The translations under genes and the position numbers were made by a program. DNA of 64,000 bases, from assembly GCA_034780895.1 (NCBI GenBank), contig JAUZTB010000001.1, forward strand, positions 46,923,925-46,987,924. Reading direction: 5' to 3'. The notes under the pieces were generated by a model. The model ran no database searches. It saw only the letters and a program-made list of their open reading frames with translations, and had not been told where the DNA came from. The DNA comes from Rhynchobatus australiae (taxonomy: Eukaryota). This document shows positions 1-15,000 of this stretch, one piece after another (the stretch's first letter is position 1; each line of letters begins with the position of its first letter).

Positions 1-61
1 ATGGTGATGCTATCTTTCATGACAGAAATTAGTGTAATCTCTCCAGGTTGGCTTGGTTTAT
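1..61 (-). CDS. ttn: titin exon, start of last C-zone Fn3 (~A163), cut by window edge
   Basis: Acceptor cag then [14 protein letters not shown]. Confidence 0.9.
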
Positions 62-3000
62 CTGTGGAAATTTATTTACTCATTAAAATCTGGTAATTGT
101 GTCATATTTGAAATCACACCTTTGTAAATTCTACATTCATGTACTGTATTAATGTAGATCAAATGAAACATACCAAAAGGATCCTTGCATTGTACAACAT
201 CAGATGGTGGGCTTGGATCACCAAGACCAATATCATTCTGTGCCAAAATACGGAACTGATATTCAGCATCTGGAACAAGCCCAGAAACAGTGTACATTGT
301 TGTGGTAATGTGAGTCTTGTTTTGTCGCACCCACTTATCCGTAGTAGATTCTTTGCGATCAATAAAATACCCAGTAACACGCGATCCACCATCATCCTTT
401 GGTCTTGACCAGCAAAGGGTGACTGAACTCTTGGTGACATCTAGTATTTCTGGAGGATTGCTTGGAGGCTCTGGTGGATCTAGATTAACAGGAGTGAATT
501 AACAATTACGTGCAAAAATTAAATAAATTCAAAAGATAATATATCATTTACTTAAGACTACTATGAACAATATTGTACTTACTCAGTGGTGTTTTTGGTA
601 CAACTGGCTCTTCTGATTTCAGAGATTTGCTAATACCAAATTGGTTTTCAGCAGAAACACGGAAGTGGTATTCCACATTTTCTTTCAAGCCTCTGACAAC
701 AATGGAAGTGTCCTTTACTCTAGAATCAACAGTGTACCAGGCAGTTTTGGATATTTCACGTCTCTCAACAATATACCCAATGATATCAGATCCTCCATCA
801 TCAGCTGTTGGTCTCCAACTTACTCTGACAGAACGAGCTTGAATATCATCAAATTCAAGTGGACCTTGTGGGGGATCAGGATTGCCAATTACTTTCACCT
901 TAATGTATACTGTCTTTTTGCCACATTTATTTTCAAGAACAAGGTCGTATGTGCCTGAATCTTCTCTGACTGATTCCTTTATCACAAGTTCAGTGTGGGT
1001 CTCAGAAGTTGCAATCATTGCACGCATGCTGATATCGCGACCTTCCTTTGTCCATTTGCAGATAGGAATAGGTTTTCCTTTAATGGGCACTGTTAGTTTG
1101 ATGGCTCCACCTTGTCTTACAATCAGGCCTTCAAGATATTGATGGTCAAGCTCATAATCAGGATATTCTGTAAGGAAAAATAACCAAGTTTTATTTTAAA
1201 AAGTAAGCAAATAATATAGGAATATTATCCACTAGCTAAGTTTACCTATANNNNNNNNNNNNNNNNNNNNNNNNNNNNNNNNNNNNNNNNNNNNNNNNNN
1301 NNNNNNNNNNNNNNNNNNNNNNNNNNNNNATTTGACTGTAAATTTACTGGCCCCAACTCCACTTTCATCAATGAGAGCTATATGATTTGCTAATGGTCTA
1401 ACAGAGATCAAACTGAATCAATTGCAACAAAAGATGGAGGTTGTTTTTCACATTTATGGATATCTGTGAATTCCCCTGTATAAATAAATTCTTGTATAAT
1501 TCAACAGACTTGGCTGATCATAAACATAACAACTTAAACATTTCTTACCAAGCATTTCAGTCACTTTAACAGTTCCTGGAACATCAGCTGGCTCACCAGG
1601 ACCACCAGCATTAACTGCTTTAACACGGAACCTATACTCAGCACCCTGTGGCATGTGAGTCAGGGTGTATTCACAGATCTTTGTTGGTGTTGTGTTGCAC
1701 TTAGTCCATTCATACTGATCAACCTTCTGCATCTCAATAAGGTAGCCTGTGACCTTGGAACCACCTTCCTCTTCCGGTGGACTCCAAGCAACAGATATTG
1801 ATGTTCTAGTTGTGTCTGTAACTCTTGGATTCTGTGGTTTGCCAGGTGGATCTAGAGAAATAGTAAATGAAATTAGCCATACAAATTTTAATGTAATTTA
1901 ATGTAAGTAAAATACATTTACAAGTGATGCTCAGTTAATTCAAATAGTGTACAACTGAGGCAACTGAAAGTCAAGGTTTGGTCCATGGTTTGTGTTGGTT
2001 GATTTAAGTTGAGCTTACAACTGGCCATGCATGCAGGTTTAGCTCTTTTTGGCTAGTGAGGAGAAAATCAGGTAGGGATCCGTTTCTTGACTGCTATTTG
2101 ATAACTCTAATGAAGGTGTATGTAGGGATGGTTCGTGAATACGGTTTGAGGTTCTCCACAGTCAAACAGATTGTAGTACTTACTGGCAATGCAAACAAAT
2201 ATCATCTGACACTTCCATGACCCCAAACAATTTTACCAGAGATGTGCAGTTTATTAAGGCAATGTGTCCAGGCATTATTCCCAACATATTAAAGAAACCT
2301 TCCTACCATGGTGGAAAATGCAGCATTTCTAAAGTTACACATCTGTTTTGGCACCAGAAAAGAAGGCAGTTTATTTAAACATTCTCCATAACTATTATCT
2401 ATAAGAAATCATTAACGCTTGAGAAGCAAAATGCAAGAGAGTCAATTATAATCATGAAGAAAAAGTTTNNNNNNNNNNNNNNNNNNNNNNNNNNNNNNNN
2501 NNNNNNNNNNNNNNNNNNNNNNNNNNNNNNNNNNNNNNNNNNNNNNNNNNNNNNNNNNNNNNNNNNNNAGTTTAACAAATAGATTTTCATATTTAGAAAC
2601 CAACATTTAAATGAACATGTTACCTATTGGGTCCATGGCAACTGCAGATTTGGAAGGTCTACTTGGTTTGCTAGCACCTCTGGCATTCACAGCTGTCACG
2701 CGATGTTCATATTCCAATCCTTCTATAAGACCAGTGGAACGGTACCTTGTCATTGTCACAAGAACTTTGTTGACTCTCACCCATCGATCAGCTCTTAGCT
2801 CTTTACGTTCAATGATGTAACCAAGTATTGGTGAACCACCATCTTCAATTGGTGGTTCCCAGGTAATTGTCATACCATCACGAGAGAAGTCAAATACATG
2901 AGGAGTACCAGTGGGGTCAGGCACATCTGTAGAGAAAAGAGAAATGTGCTTTGTATTAAAAACATTATGATTCATAAACAAATGGTTATAAAATATTTTT

Positions 3001-6000
3001 TAAAATATCATTAAACATTAGTGATTCTAAGAATTCTAATGGTTCTATTGTTTAGGAGAAGTATATTCTCCTCAAACTATTTGTCTAATATTGTAAACAT
3101 TAATATTGTAGACATTGATATTAGTTTATTTCTGAAATTGTTATCTATTATAAAAGTTAATGGAAGAGTATTATAATTGATCTTTACAAAATGTAATCCA
3201 TATTTTAATATCCTGATATCTTTAATTATTGTAAAATACTCCAATTTTGCACTTACTAATGGCACTCTTGCATTCCACAATGCTAGACTGTAAGAATGAT
3301 CCAATACCAAAACGGTTTGTGGCAGCAACACGGAATACATANNNNNNNNNNNNNNNNNNNNNNNNNNACTTGAATGTATTCCTGGTAACAGATTCAGACA
3401 CTGGTAGCCATCCTGGTCGATGAGCATCACGTTGTTCAACAACATAACCACTGATGGTGGCACCACCATCTTTCTCTGGTGGTTCCCAACTGATGGTGAC
3501 AGTGGTGGCATCAACTTCATCAATTTTAATTGAGCCGCTAGGTGGTCCTGGTTTATCTGTAAATTAATTAATACATTTATCTAAGACTCAAAAAAATCAT
3601 TGTACTGCCACGGGCAGTTCATCACCATATTTATAATATTTTTTAATAGAATTTGAAGGAAAAAACTTACCAAGAATGATCACTTTAATGGATTCAGTGG
3701 TTGTTCCAGCAACATTTTTTAGTTCAAGCATGTAGTCACCAGTATCATCTATGGTAGTTTCACGCACAGTAAGGTTGATTACCTTGGCTAATCTTTCAAT
3801 TGTGGTCCGATCACTTTCTTTCAGTTTAGTACCTTCAAAGTACCATGATGCACCAGGAGGTGGACGTCCACTAATTGGAATAGATAATTCAATAGGCCTA
3901 CCNNNNNNNNNNNNNNNNNNNNNNNNNNNNNNNNNNNNNNNNNNNNNNNNNNNNNNNNNNNNNNNNNNNNNNNNNNNNNNNNNNNNNNNNNNNNNNNNNN
4001 NNACCAGCACGTACAGTGACAGTCCTTTGAGGTATGCCTGCCAAATCAATCTTTGGTATCACTGTTGGAAGTGATACAAGAATAAGATTAATTTATGTAA
4101 AATCATTGTTGCATTCATAATATATTTCATGTCAATTCTTAATATGTAAATAACAAAATTCAGTTTAAACCTACCCCTTTGATCTTGCACAATGACAGCA
4201 GTTACAGTCTCTCTTGGTTCACTGACACCTTTGTCATTCTGGGCCCTTACTCTGAACAGATACTGTTCAGACTCATTCAGAGAGATTATAGTATGCTCAA
4301 ATACTGTGTGTTTTAGAGTTGCAACTTTCATCCACCTTTCTGTGCCAGCTTTGCATGCTTCAATGACATAACCAGTCAGTCTGCTACCTCCATCATGCAA
4401 TGGTTTTTCCCAGGACAGTGTGACTGTGGATTTTGTGACGTCAATTACATCCAATCTCTGTGGGACCATTGGAACTTCTGAAACAAGTACTGCATCAGCA
4501 ATTTCACAAGGCTCACCAATGCCATAGATATTTTCAGGTGAGACTCTGAAATAATACATTGTACCCTCAGTAAGTCCAGTTATTCTATAAATTGTCTTGC
4601 TGCATTTAGTTGTCACGGTCTTGAATGCTCTCATAGCAGCTTCCCGTCTCTCAATTATGTAATTGTTGACTGGTGCTCCACCATCAATCATTGGAACATC
4701 CCATGTGATGACTACAGAATCTCTTGAGACTTCCTTCACTTTAACAGCACCAGGTGGGCCAGGCGTATCTGAGAATAGTGAAGTATTTTTTTAAAAACTT
4801 TTGCTATTTTTTAAATAATCTTGGAAAAGATGATAATGAAATAAAAGACTGAAAATATCTTGTTTTACATACCATATACTTTGACAGCTATAGTAGCTGA
4901 CTTTTTGCCTGAAGGATTTTCAGCCTCAATGGTGTATTTGCCTGCATCATAACGATTCACCTTGTCAATTACAAGCAATGTGTAAGAATCTGTTGTATCA
5001 ATAAAACCATGACTGTAGAGGTCAACGCCTGGTTTACTCCAGGTTAACACTGGAGTAGGTCGACCCGACACTGACACCATTAAGCGGAGTGAGCCACCAG
5101 CTCTAACAGTGACCGTCTTTTTGAGATCATCTGCAAGTTCAAGATCTGGCATTTCTAGAAAAATAAAATGAAATGAAATAGAGATGAAAAACAACTTGCA
5201 ATATTCCAACAATAAAATCTTCAAGATGTTATTCAACACTTTCATTGAATAAAATCTTTCTTAGGATTAAATAAACTGTCAGTTTTAATACCCTTCTAGT
5301 TATAATTAAACACAGGTACCAGCTATGCATATTTTATTCCAATATTAAAGGCGCTCTGTCAGAAAAATGTGAATAATCACAAGGCAATATGAATTGCCAC
5401 TAAAATGCCACTTACCTATTCTTTCTACTGCTTCAATTACAGCAGATGACTCACTGTATTCACTCATTCCATTAATATTGGCAGAAGCAACTCTGAAATA
5501 GTACTTCTTGCTGGTGGTAAGACCTGTAATGGTATATTCTGTATTTCTTATGTAGTCTGTAGAATGTGGTCTATACCACTGTTCCATACTTTCCTCTTTC
5601 ATTTCGAGTACATATCCAATAATATCAGAACCACCATCATACATGGGTTTTGTCCATGCTAAGCTGATACTGTGTTTGGTTGTATCGACAACTCTTGGTG
5701 CTGAAGGTACTCCAGGTGTATCTACAATATAATTTAAATAGATTATGTTCATAATTATTTGTAAAGAGTTACAATTATAAGAAACTAAATAAAAATGCAA
5801 CACTTACATGTGGGTTCTTTGCACAGGATGTATTGTGATGATTCACTTGGCTCACTGTTACCAGCTGCATTTACTGCTGTAACACGGAACTGGTATTCAC
5901 AACCCTCCATTAGATTTGTTACCTTGAGTCTAGTATCATAAATAGTAAAGTCCTTATTGACTCGAGTCCAACGTACACTTCGTTTTTCACGTTTATCCAC

Positions 6001-9000
6001 AAGATAATTACTAATTTCTGCTCCACCATCAGTTTCAGGTTTCAACCACTGGATAATGATGTGTTCTTTTCCAACTGTAACAACCTCTGGTTCACCAGGT
6101 GGTGATGGAATGGCTGTTTAAAACAAATTGATTTCAATGGTTTTGCTATTACATTACCAAGNNNNNNNNNNNNNNNNNNNNNNNNNNNNNNNNNNNNNNN
6201 NNNNNNNNNNNNNNNNNNNNNNNNNNNNNNNNNNNNNNNNNNNNNNNNNNNNNNNNNNNNNNNNNNNNNNNNNNNNNNNNNNNNNNNNNNNNNNNNNNNN
6301 NNNNNNNNNNNNNNNNNNNNNNNNNNNNNNNNNNNNNNNNNNNNNNNNNNNNNNNNNNNNNNNNNNNNNNNNNNNNNNNNNNNNNNNNNNNNNNNNNNNN
6401 NNNNNNNNNNNNNNNNNNNNNNNNNNNNNNNNNNNNNNNNNNNNNNNNNNNNNNNNNNNNNNNNNNNNNNNNNNNNNNNNNNNNNNNNNNNNNNNNNNNN
6501 NNNNNNNNNNNNNNNNNNNNNNNNNNNNNNNNNNNNNNNNNNNNNNNNNNNNNNNNNNNNNNNNNNNNNNNNNNNNNNNNNNNNNNNNNNNNNNNNNNNN
6601 NNNNNNNNNNNNNNNNNNNNNNNNNNNNNNNNNNNNNNNNNNNNNNNNNNNNNNNNNNNNNNNNNNNNNNNNNNNNNNNNNNNNNNNNNNNNNNNNNNNN
6701 NNNNNNNNNNNNNNNNNNNNNNTGGCAACAGCACGCTTGTTAGTGTACTGTAGAGATATCTTTTCACAAAGTTCCAGTTCTTTGCTTCCTTTAGACCAAT
6801 AGACTTTAGGATCGGGTTTTCCACCAATGAAAGCATCAAGCACCAAGTCTGATCCCGCCCTTATGGTAATAATTTCTCCAAGTAACCTACTGTCCAGTTC
6901 AGCTTTAGGTGGTACTGCAAATAAGAATAAAAAGCAATGAATAATTTTTGAAAAAGATGTTTTTGCTTTATCAGGAAATTGATAGATATATGCCATATTT
7001 TTGACACCACCATACCATATTCATCTTTGCATGTGACTGATCCAGTAGATTCAGATGGTGTACTAATTACTCCACTTGCATTCTTGGCTAAAACACGGAA
7101 TTCATAAGCCTCCGATTCACTTAGTCCTGTAACTGTGTAGAAGGTATCAGAGATAGAGGTGTAGTTGCACTTCAGCCAACGGCCATCACCAGTTTCATTA
7201 TAAGGCTTGCGTTCCACGATGTATCCAACAATCTTACTTCCACCATCATGGATTGGTACAGTCCATTCTAGCGAAACTGAAGACCTATTAACGTCTGTTA
7301 CTTCTGGTTGACCTGGAGGATCTTTATACATTTAAACAAAAGTAAAGTTAAATTTCAATTGAAATCTGAAACTGTTTGCAAATATATAAATTATATTATC
7401 TCTTTTCTTATACTTTTGAGCTTACCAACAGGATTCTGAGCCATTATTAATCTCGAAGCTTCACTTGCTTTACTCAAGCCAGCTGCATTCATTGCATAAA
7501 CTCTAAACTGATATTCCAAGCCTTCCACTAGAGTAGATATTTTGTAATGGCAATCAATACATGGTATTTTATTTTCTTTCACCCAGAGAATGCTGTTACG
7601 TTCTTTCTTTTCAATCCAGTAGCCTGTAACTTTGCTGCCACCATCATGATATGGCTCTTCCCATTGGATAGACATGGCATTAGCAGATACAAAATTCACG
7701 ACTGGCCTGGTTGGAGGGCTTGGTGGAACTACAGTATTAAGAAATAATACAATTAGTAAGTTTTCTCCAATTTCATTGTTCAGTATGTCTTATCAAATAA
7801 ATAGTTATAATTTTTGACTTACCAAATGGATGTTCAGCAACCACAGGTTTTGATTCCAATGGTTTGCTGACACCAAATCTGTTTTCTGCACAGACTCGGA
7901 AAGTGTATTCCATATACTTTGTCAAGTGTGTAACTTTAATTTGAGTGCGTTTTACACTGGAGTTGATGAGCTGCCATGCTGTGGTACCAGATTCACGTTT
8001 TTCTACAATATAGTTGGTGATATCAGTACCACCATCATCTTCAGGCTCTGCCCATGACAATACACATGAATCTGCAGAAACAGATGAGATACTCAAAGGT
8101 CCAGTAACTGGACCTGGTCGACCAATAACATTGACAGTTACAGAAAAGGTCTGGACTCCTGCCGTGTTTTCAAGTGTTAGGTAATATTTCCCTGAGTCAC
8201 CTCTCATAGAGTCCTTCGCAGTCAATGTAGTTCTCTCTTTTGTTGTGATGATACTGACTCTATCAGTTTCCTTTAGTCTCATCTCCTCAAGCTTCCATGT
8301 TACCTTAGGTGCCGGACGTCCACTAATAGGAACATCTATAGTAAAGGTACTTCCTGATTTGCAGGTGATTGTTTGATTGGTGATTAAAGATAAGTCTGCT
8401 TTAGGCTCTATCTGTGGTTCTTTAATAATAACAGATGAAAATGTCTCCCTTGGTTCACTGTAACCAGCATTATTTTTAGCTCTGACACGGAATTCATACT
8501 CTGTATTTTCAACAAGTCCATCAACTTGAAGTGTAAGGAGTTTGGTTTGACCACCTTCAACCCAGTGATCTGAACCTTTTTGTTTCATCTCCACTTTATA
8601 ACCAATAATTTGACTGCCACCATCATGCTCTGGTTTCATCCAAGCCAAGATTGCAAAGGTTCTGCCTGTATCAACAATATCCAGTCTCTTCGGTGGTGCT
8701 GGCTCCTCAGTGGGGTAATTTATTGAGCACTTTCAGAAGTACAAGGGTAATTCTGTGTGGCATATAGTTTATTTATTTAAAAATGCTTTATGCTGAGTGA
8801 GCTGCACTTGTAGTAATTATGCTGCTCTACTGGGGAGAGAAAAGAAATACCTTAATCTTCACAACTGTCCAGTGGCTTGCTGTCACTGCAGTTCTGAATA
8901 GTGGATGAAGCCAATGTGGGCCCAGGATATTCTGCCAAAATTGGAATAGAAGATATTTGACAGGATGGGTGGGTGAGTAGTTTGCCATTTATAATGTGCT

Positions 9001-12000
9001 CTTGACAAATAGATGTGAGGTATCCAATGGCAATTTGAAAAGCTGTAGATGCTGGAAATCTGAATTTAAACAAAAAAAAAGCTGAAAATACTAGGTCAGG
9101 CAGCATCTCTGGAAAGAGAAACAAGGTTAAGATTTTGGGTGGAAGGCACTTTGTCATAGGGTTCTCAATGCCATCTGGAATACTGTTACATTTTGAGTTG
9201 TGATAGCTAATGGTTTCTGAGTCAATTGGATGTTACAAATCTTCATCAGAAGAGAGCATCATTGCATTGCTTCCTCTCCACCTGGTAATTTCGTGCTGCG
9301 TTAGAGCTTTGGATTGAGTTTGTTTTAGCAGTGTGGTGTCTAGCATGTGAACAATATGACCTGCCCATTGGAACCATCCAGGAGATGATGGCCTGGGAGA
9401 AGATGTTGACATTGGTTTGTTTATCCTGCCAGTGGATTTGGAGGATTTTGCAGAAGTTGCATTGGTGGTATCTTTCCAGTGCTTTGAAGTGCCTGCTGAA
9501 GGTGGTCCATGTCTTAGGCATCCAGGGAAGAGGGAATCATTGCTACCTGGTAGACCATGAACTTTATGTTGTGTTGAAGTCGTGATCTTTAAATACTCTT
9601 CCTTAAACAACCAAAAGCTGTACTGTCACATTGACAACATTTGTGAATTAATGTCTGCTAATTTTTAGTGGTGGCTACTGAGGTAAGGGAAATGGTGTAT
9701 GTTTTCCAGTGTCTTGTTCTGGACCTGTATTGTGGTACATCTGGAGCTGGTTTGTACCTTTTGTTTTATGAATATTAGGTGTAAGACCCATTGTCTTGTA
9801 GCTTGACTTGGGGCTTTGCCAATGAATGAGCATAAATCCAAGCATCATGTATGTACTGTGACTTGATAACTGAGGTTGAGCTGACTTGTGCTCATAACAA
9901 CACAGAAGGAGGCCATTTGACTCGTAAGGTCCATGCTGCTGACATTTTCCTGTGCCTTTGCAACTTTTTCTCTCACATGTCCATCAACAATGTTCCTGCC
10001 TCTTGCAGAATTTCAAAATTTTGTGTTCACCTTCCAAAGTTGAACTTGAGTATGGAACCAAGGATGAAATACAAAGGTCANNNNNNNNNNNNNNNNNNNN
10101 NNNNNNNNNNNNNNNNNNNNNNNNNNNNNNNNNNNNNNNNNNNNNNNNNNNNNNNNNNNNNNNNNNNNNNNNNNNNNNNNTTGTCCTCCGTGTCCCTCCC
10201 CTAAACACTGCAATTTAAAAACAATTTTTCTCTCTTTCCAACAAAGGGTCTTTGACCCAAAACATTAACACCATTGCTCCTTCCACAGTTGCTGCCTGAC
10301 CTGCTGAATGTTTCAAGCATGTTCTGTCTTTATTGCTTTATCCTCTTGTTCTGGATTCTCCTACTTTTGTTCCCTCCATCCAACCCAGTCTTTTATTCAC
10401 TCACCCATCCTGTTAACATTATCTCCCTGATCCAGATTACTGGTATTTTCACGGTGATTATCAGTCAGGTTTTTTCCTGAGAGCCTCTGTCTGGTGAGAG
10501 CTTTTGGCTTTTAACAATCTTGCTCATGTTATGCTTGAAGTCTAATTTTCAGCAGAATTCAAAGCAAAATAAAAAATGAAACACTGCTGACATCTCATAA
10601 ACACGGTGCACAGCCCTCACTGCACCATATGGGCATAGCAGCTGTCTGAGGTGTTTACTTTCTGAAGGGTTGTCATATCAGTTTAGGAATCTCAATAAGA
10701 ATTTATAGAGATCACCTCAAAAGTTGTGGGAGCTGACCACTGGGTCACAATAATTTGTCTCTTTAGGGTGTGCTTCTCGGTAACAAATCTGCTGATTTCT
10801 TGCCAGCTGCGCCTACTGGCTTCACGCTTCTCAATTACATAGTGATGGATACGTGAACCTCCATCATGAATGGGAGCATCCCACATCAACGTAATTGCAC
10901 CTCGAGTGACATCTTTGAATGTAATTGGTCCTGGTGGTCCTGGAGTGTCTTGCACTTTAACAGTGAAAGTAATAGACTTGCTACCATTGCTGTTTTCCAC
11001 AGTAAGAGTATATTTTCCAGCATCATATCTATTGCAATCCTCTATTGTTAATGTGCTGCTCGTGTCTGTGGTATTAATGTGAACATGTACTCCAATGGAT
11101 GAATCTGCTTTCTTCCAAGTGGCAACAGGAACTGGCCTACCTTGGAAGGCAACATGTAGCTGAACTGTAGTGCCAGCTCGAACAATATGAATTTGTTTGA
11201 AACTGGCATCAGTCTCAATTTCTGGTGCTGTTAACCTATCTGTAGCTAGTACTGGAGCAGAAATTTCACAGCTTTCTCCTTTTCCTGCACCATTAACAGC
11301 ACAGACACGGAATTTGTACTCTTCACCAGCTTCCAGTTCAGTAACTGTGTACTTGGTATTGACGCATGCTTCTACGTTAACCTTCTGCCAATCTCCAAGA
11401 CTGGCTTTGCACATTTCAATTGTGTAGCCAATTATTTCCATGCCTCCGTCAAAGACAGGCCGAGTCCATTCCAAACTTACAGATGTCTTTGTTGTATCCG
11501 TGACTCTAACAATGGTAGGTGCACCTGGTGGGTTTACTGGGTCTCTACATTTAATAAGTCTAGAAATATCACTTGCGGGACCGACCCCAGCATTATTTTC
11601 AGCCATGACACGGAACTCATATTCATTCCCTTCTGTGAGGTTAGTCACTTTGAATCGGTTTTCAGTAATTGGTCTTTTGCTGGAAACTTTGACCCAACGC
11701 AGACTCTTCTTCTCACGCCGTTCCAGGATGTAATGTATAATTTCATTCCCTCCATCTGATTTTGGTCTTGACCAAGTAAGAGTAATAGTTTCTCCCGAAA
11801 CATTAGTTGATTCTGGTGTACCAGGTGCATCAGGCACAGCTATGAAACAAAACAAAATAGTTAACTAATTAGAACTAGTTTGACAAATAAGGACTTCCAA
11901 ATGTTTGACGAAAGAGTAGAGCATCAATTACAAATTCTGAAAAACACGTACTGTATTGTATCTGTGCAATAACNNNNNNTGAATCGATTGGTCTGCCAAT

Positions 12001-15000
12001 GCCAAATTTGTTGACGGCTGAAACTCGGAACTGGTACTCATTCCCCTTAATTAACTTAGTGACTGCGTATGAACAGGCTTCACAATCATCACTGACCAAT
12101 GCCCACGTAAGTCGACTTGTCTCACGTTTCTCTATTACATAATTGGTAATGACAGCACAGCCATCATTATCTGGTGGAACCCACCACAATGTAAGTTTCT
12201 CTCCAGTAATGTTGGTAAATCGAATAGGTCCAACTGGTGGTCCAGGAGTGTCTAAACAAAAGCAGAAATGTTAGTGCTCAGCAAGTTAACAAAAAAATTC
12301 AACACACTAAAACATTAAACTGAGAAAGTAAACCAGGTTCATAAATTGTCGACTTCCTCTAATTACCTTGAACTCTGACATGAATATCAGCTCTCTGAAT
12401 GCCTGAAGCATTCTTGGCTTCCACAGTATATATGCCACGATGATCTCGGTTGCTGTCTCTAACAAAGATGGAACTAGACCCAATAGCATTGGTGATATCC
12501 ACCATCAGTCTCTTCTCAATTTCCTTTCCATCCTTATACCAGATTACCTGAGGTAATGGGCGACCTTTGATATGCACCTTGAGTCGAATACTCTCACCAG
12601 ATTTTACTGTCACGCCTTCAAAATGTTCAGCACCAAATTCAATTGATGGTGGTACTATGAAAGAAACAGATGAGTGATTGCCAAGTTGACATTTCAAAGA
12701 CATTACAACTATATACAATATCAAAAACAAACTAATTAGCTTTTATATGTACTTACTGCTTTCGTCCCTTGTCATAATGTTTCCTGATGATTGAGAAGGT
12801 GGACTGACTGTTCCAACAGCATTTCTAGCAATTATACGGAATTCATAACGATCACCAGGGCTAAGACCTGACACTGTATATTGGCATTCAGTAATATCAA
12901 CAAAGTTGCACCGCAGCCAACGACCTCCTCCTTGCCGCTTTTCAACACTATATGCCACAATTCTACTACCACCATCACGAGGTGGTGGATCCCACTTAAG
13001 GGTTATAGTTTCTCTTGTCACATCGATATAATCTGGTGTACCAGGTGGATCTGATGAAGGAATTTTACAAGTAGTCAGGTAAAGGAATAACAATAATCAA
13101 TATTAACTATTATGCTTCGATACAAGTAGAATTCAGCACAAAGGTGGAAAAATATTACTTACCAACTGGTGAGACAGCCAAGGTGAATTTGCTTGCTTCA
13201 CTAACTGGGCTCAGTCCAACACTGTTTTCAGAATAAACTCGGAACTGATAGTCCAGGCCTTCAGTAAGTCCTAAAATTCTGTATTCTCTGCCNNNNNTAT
13301 GAGTTTTGTTGACTTTTTGCCATAAGATGCTGTTTCTTTCTTTCTTCTCAACATGATATCCAGTGACTTCTGAACCACCATCATATAATGGTGCATCCCA
13401 TGAGATTGTCATACCATCACAAGTGACATTGTATACAACAGGCTTTCCAGGTGGCCCAGGAAGCCTGAACTGATGTTTTGCTATAATAGCCATTGAATTA
13501 AGTGGCTGGCTTACTCCATATCTGTTTTCAGCATAAATTCTAAATTGATATTCTAGATCTTTAACCAGTTTGGTAACTTTAAAGGTATTCCTGGCCACAC
13601 TAGAACAAACCACTTTCCAATTTGTTTGCGAAGTTTCACGTTTTTCAATGCTGTAGCTAGTAATTTCACTTCCTCCATCATCATCAGGTGCATCCCATGA
13701 AATTATGACACTTTCNNNNNNNNNNTAATTATGGTAAAGTTGTACGACTTTCTTGAAATTGCATTATCAAGGATCAAGGTGTATTTTCCACCATGTTCTT
13801 TCTTGACATTCTTAATACTTAATGTGACTTTATTTTCTGTTTTTGTGTACCGAATTTGTTCACTTTCTTTTAACAGAATATTGTCTTTCTCCCATTTGAT
13901 ACTTGGTCGAGGTTTACCCCTATATGGCAGATCAACGTGAACATTATGTCCGATTCTTACACTAATTTGTCCTCCTGGTATTTCAGATAAGTCAGCTTCA
14001 GGTGTAATTACATAATCTTTCACAGTGATGGGTGCCGTAATAACACTATCACTTAACCCCTTTTCATTTTTCGCAAAGACTCGGAATTCAATTACTGCTA
14101 ACTCCTTTAATTTAGTAATTTCAAAGGTACAGACTTTGGAAATTCCAGCATGCGACCATCCTTGTTCCTCTTTCAATTTCTTTTCAATTATATATTCTGT
14201 AATTATGCTGCCTCCATCATAGTCGGGTCTGTTCCATTGTAACACCACAGAAGATTTTGTTGAGTCTTTCATCACAAGATCCTTGACGGGCCCTGGTACT
14301 TCAGTGGCTTTCACTGGTTCTGAAGTCTCACATGGCTCACCCACTCCATTCTCATTCTCTGCTAATACTCGGAAAAAGAATGAGGTCTTTTCGGACAGGC
14401 TGGTAATCTTAAACGTTGTGCTGGAACATTTGGTTGTGACGCTTGACCAGGCTCTTTTTGTCGCATCTCTCTTTTCAATGACATAATTGACAATTTCAGC
14501 ACCACCGTTAATAAGAGGTGGTTCCCAAACTAATGTGACTGTGCCTCTAGTCACATGCTTTATGTGTAACTTCTGACAAGGTCCCGGAGAATCAAGGACT
14601 TTCACAGTTACAAATGTTGATTTGGGTTCTCCAACACCATTTTCAATTGACAAAACATACTTGCCAGTATCTTCACGGTTGACCTCAGGAATAGTGAGAA
14701 GCGTAGATGACTCAGTATTATGGATGGTGTATCTTTCATCAGTGTTAATATTTTTCTCATCCTTTCTCCAGGTGACATTTGGATGAGGACGGCCTTTGAA
14801 AGGTATCATAATTTCTACATTTTCTCCTGATTTTGCTGTTATGGAAGTTCTGAGTGCAACATCAAGATCAATCTCAGGCTCCTCTGTAGAATATAAATAT
14901 ATAAATATATATATGAAAATATTCACATATATGTTACATGTAATCAATGCATTCTATATATCATAGACTTACCCAGTATGTCTTTAGCCTGTACAGGTTC

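Noticed and set aside
10692-10790. [14 protein letters not shown].. as a diverged continuation or alternative titin C-terminus
   Set aside because: The resemblance to the Fn3 is slight, the FRV.A.N motif is absent and there is no transcript evidence.
14888-14935. AT-rich microsatellite-like tract at an acceptor
   Set aside because: Ordinary low-complexity intron sequence.
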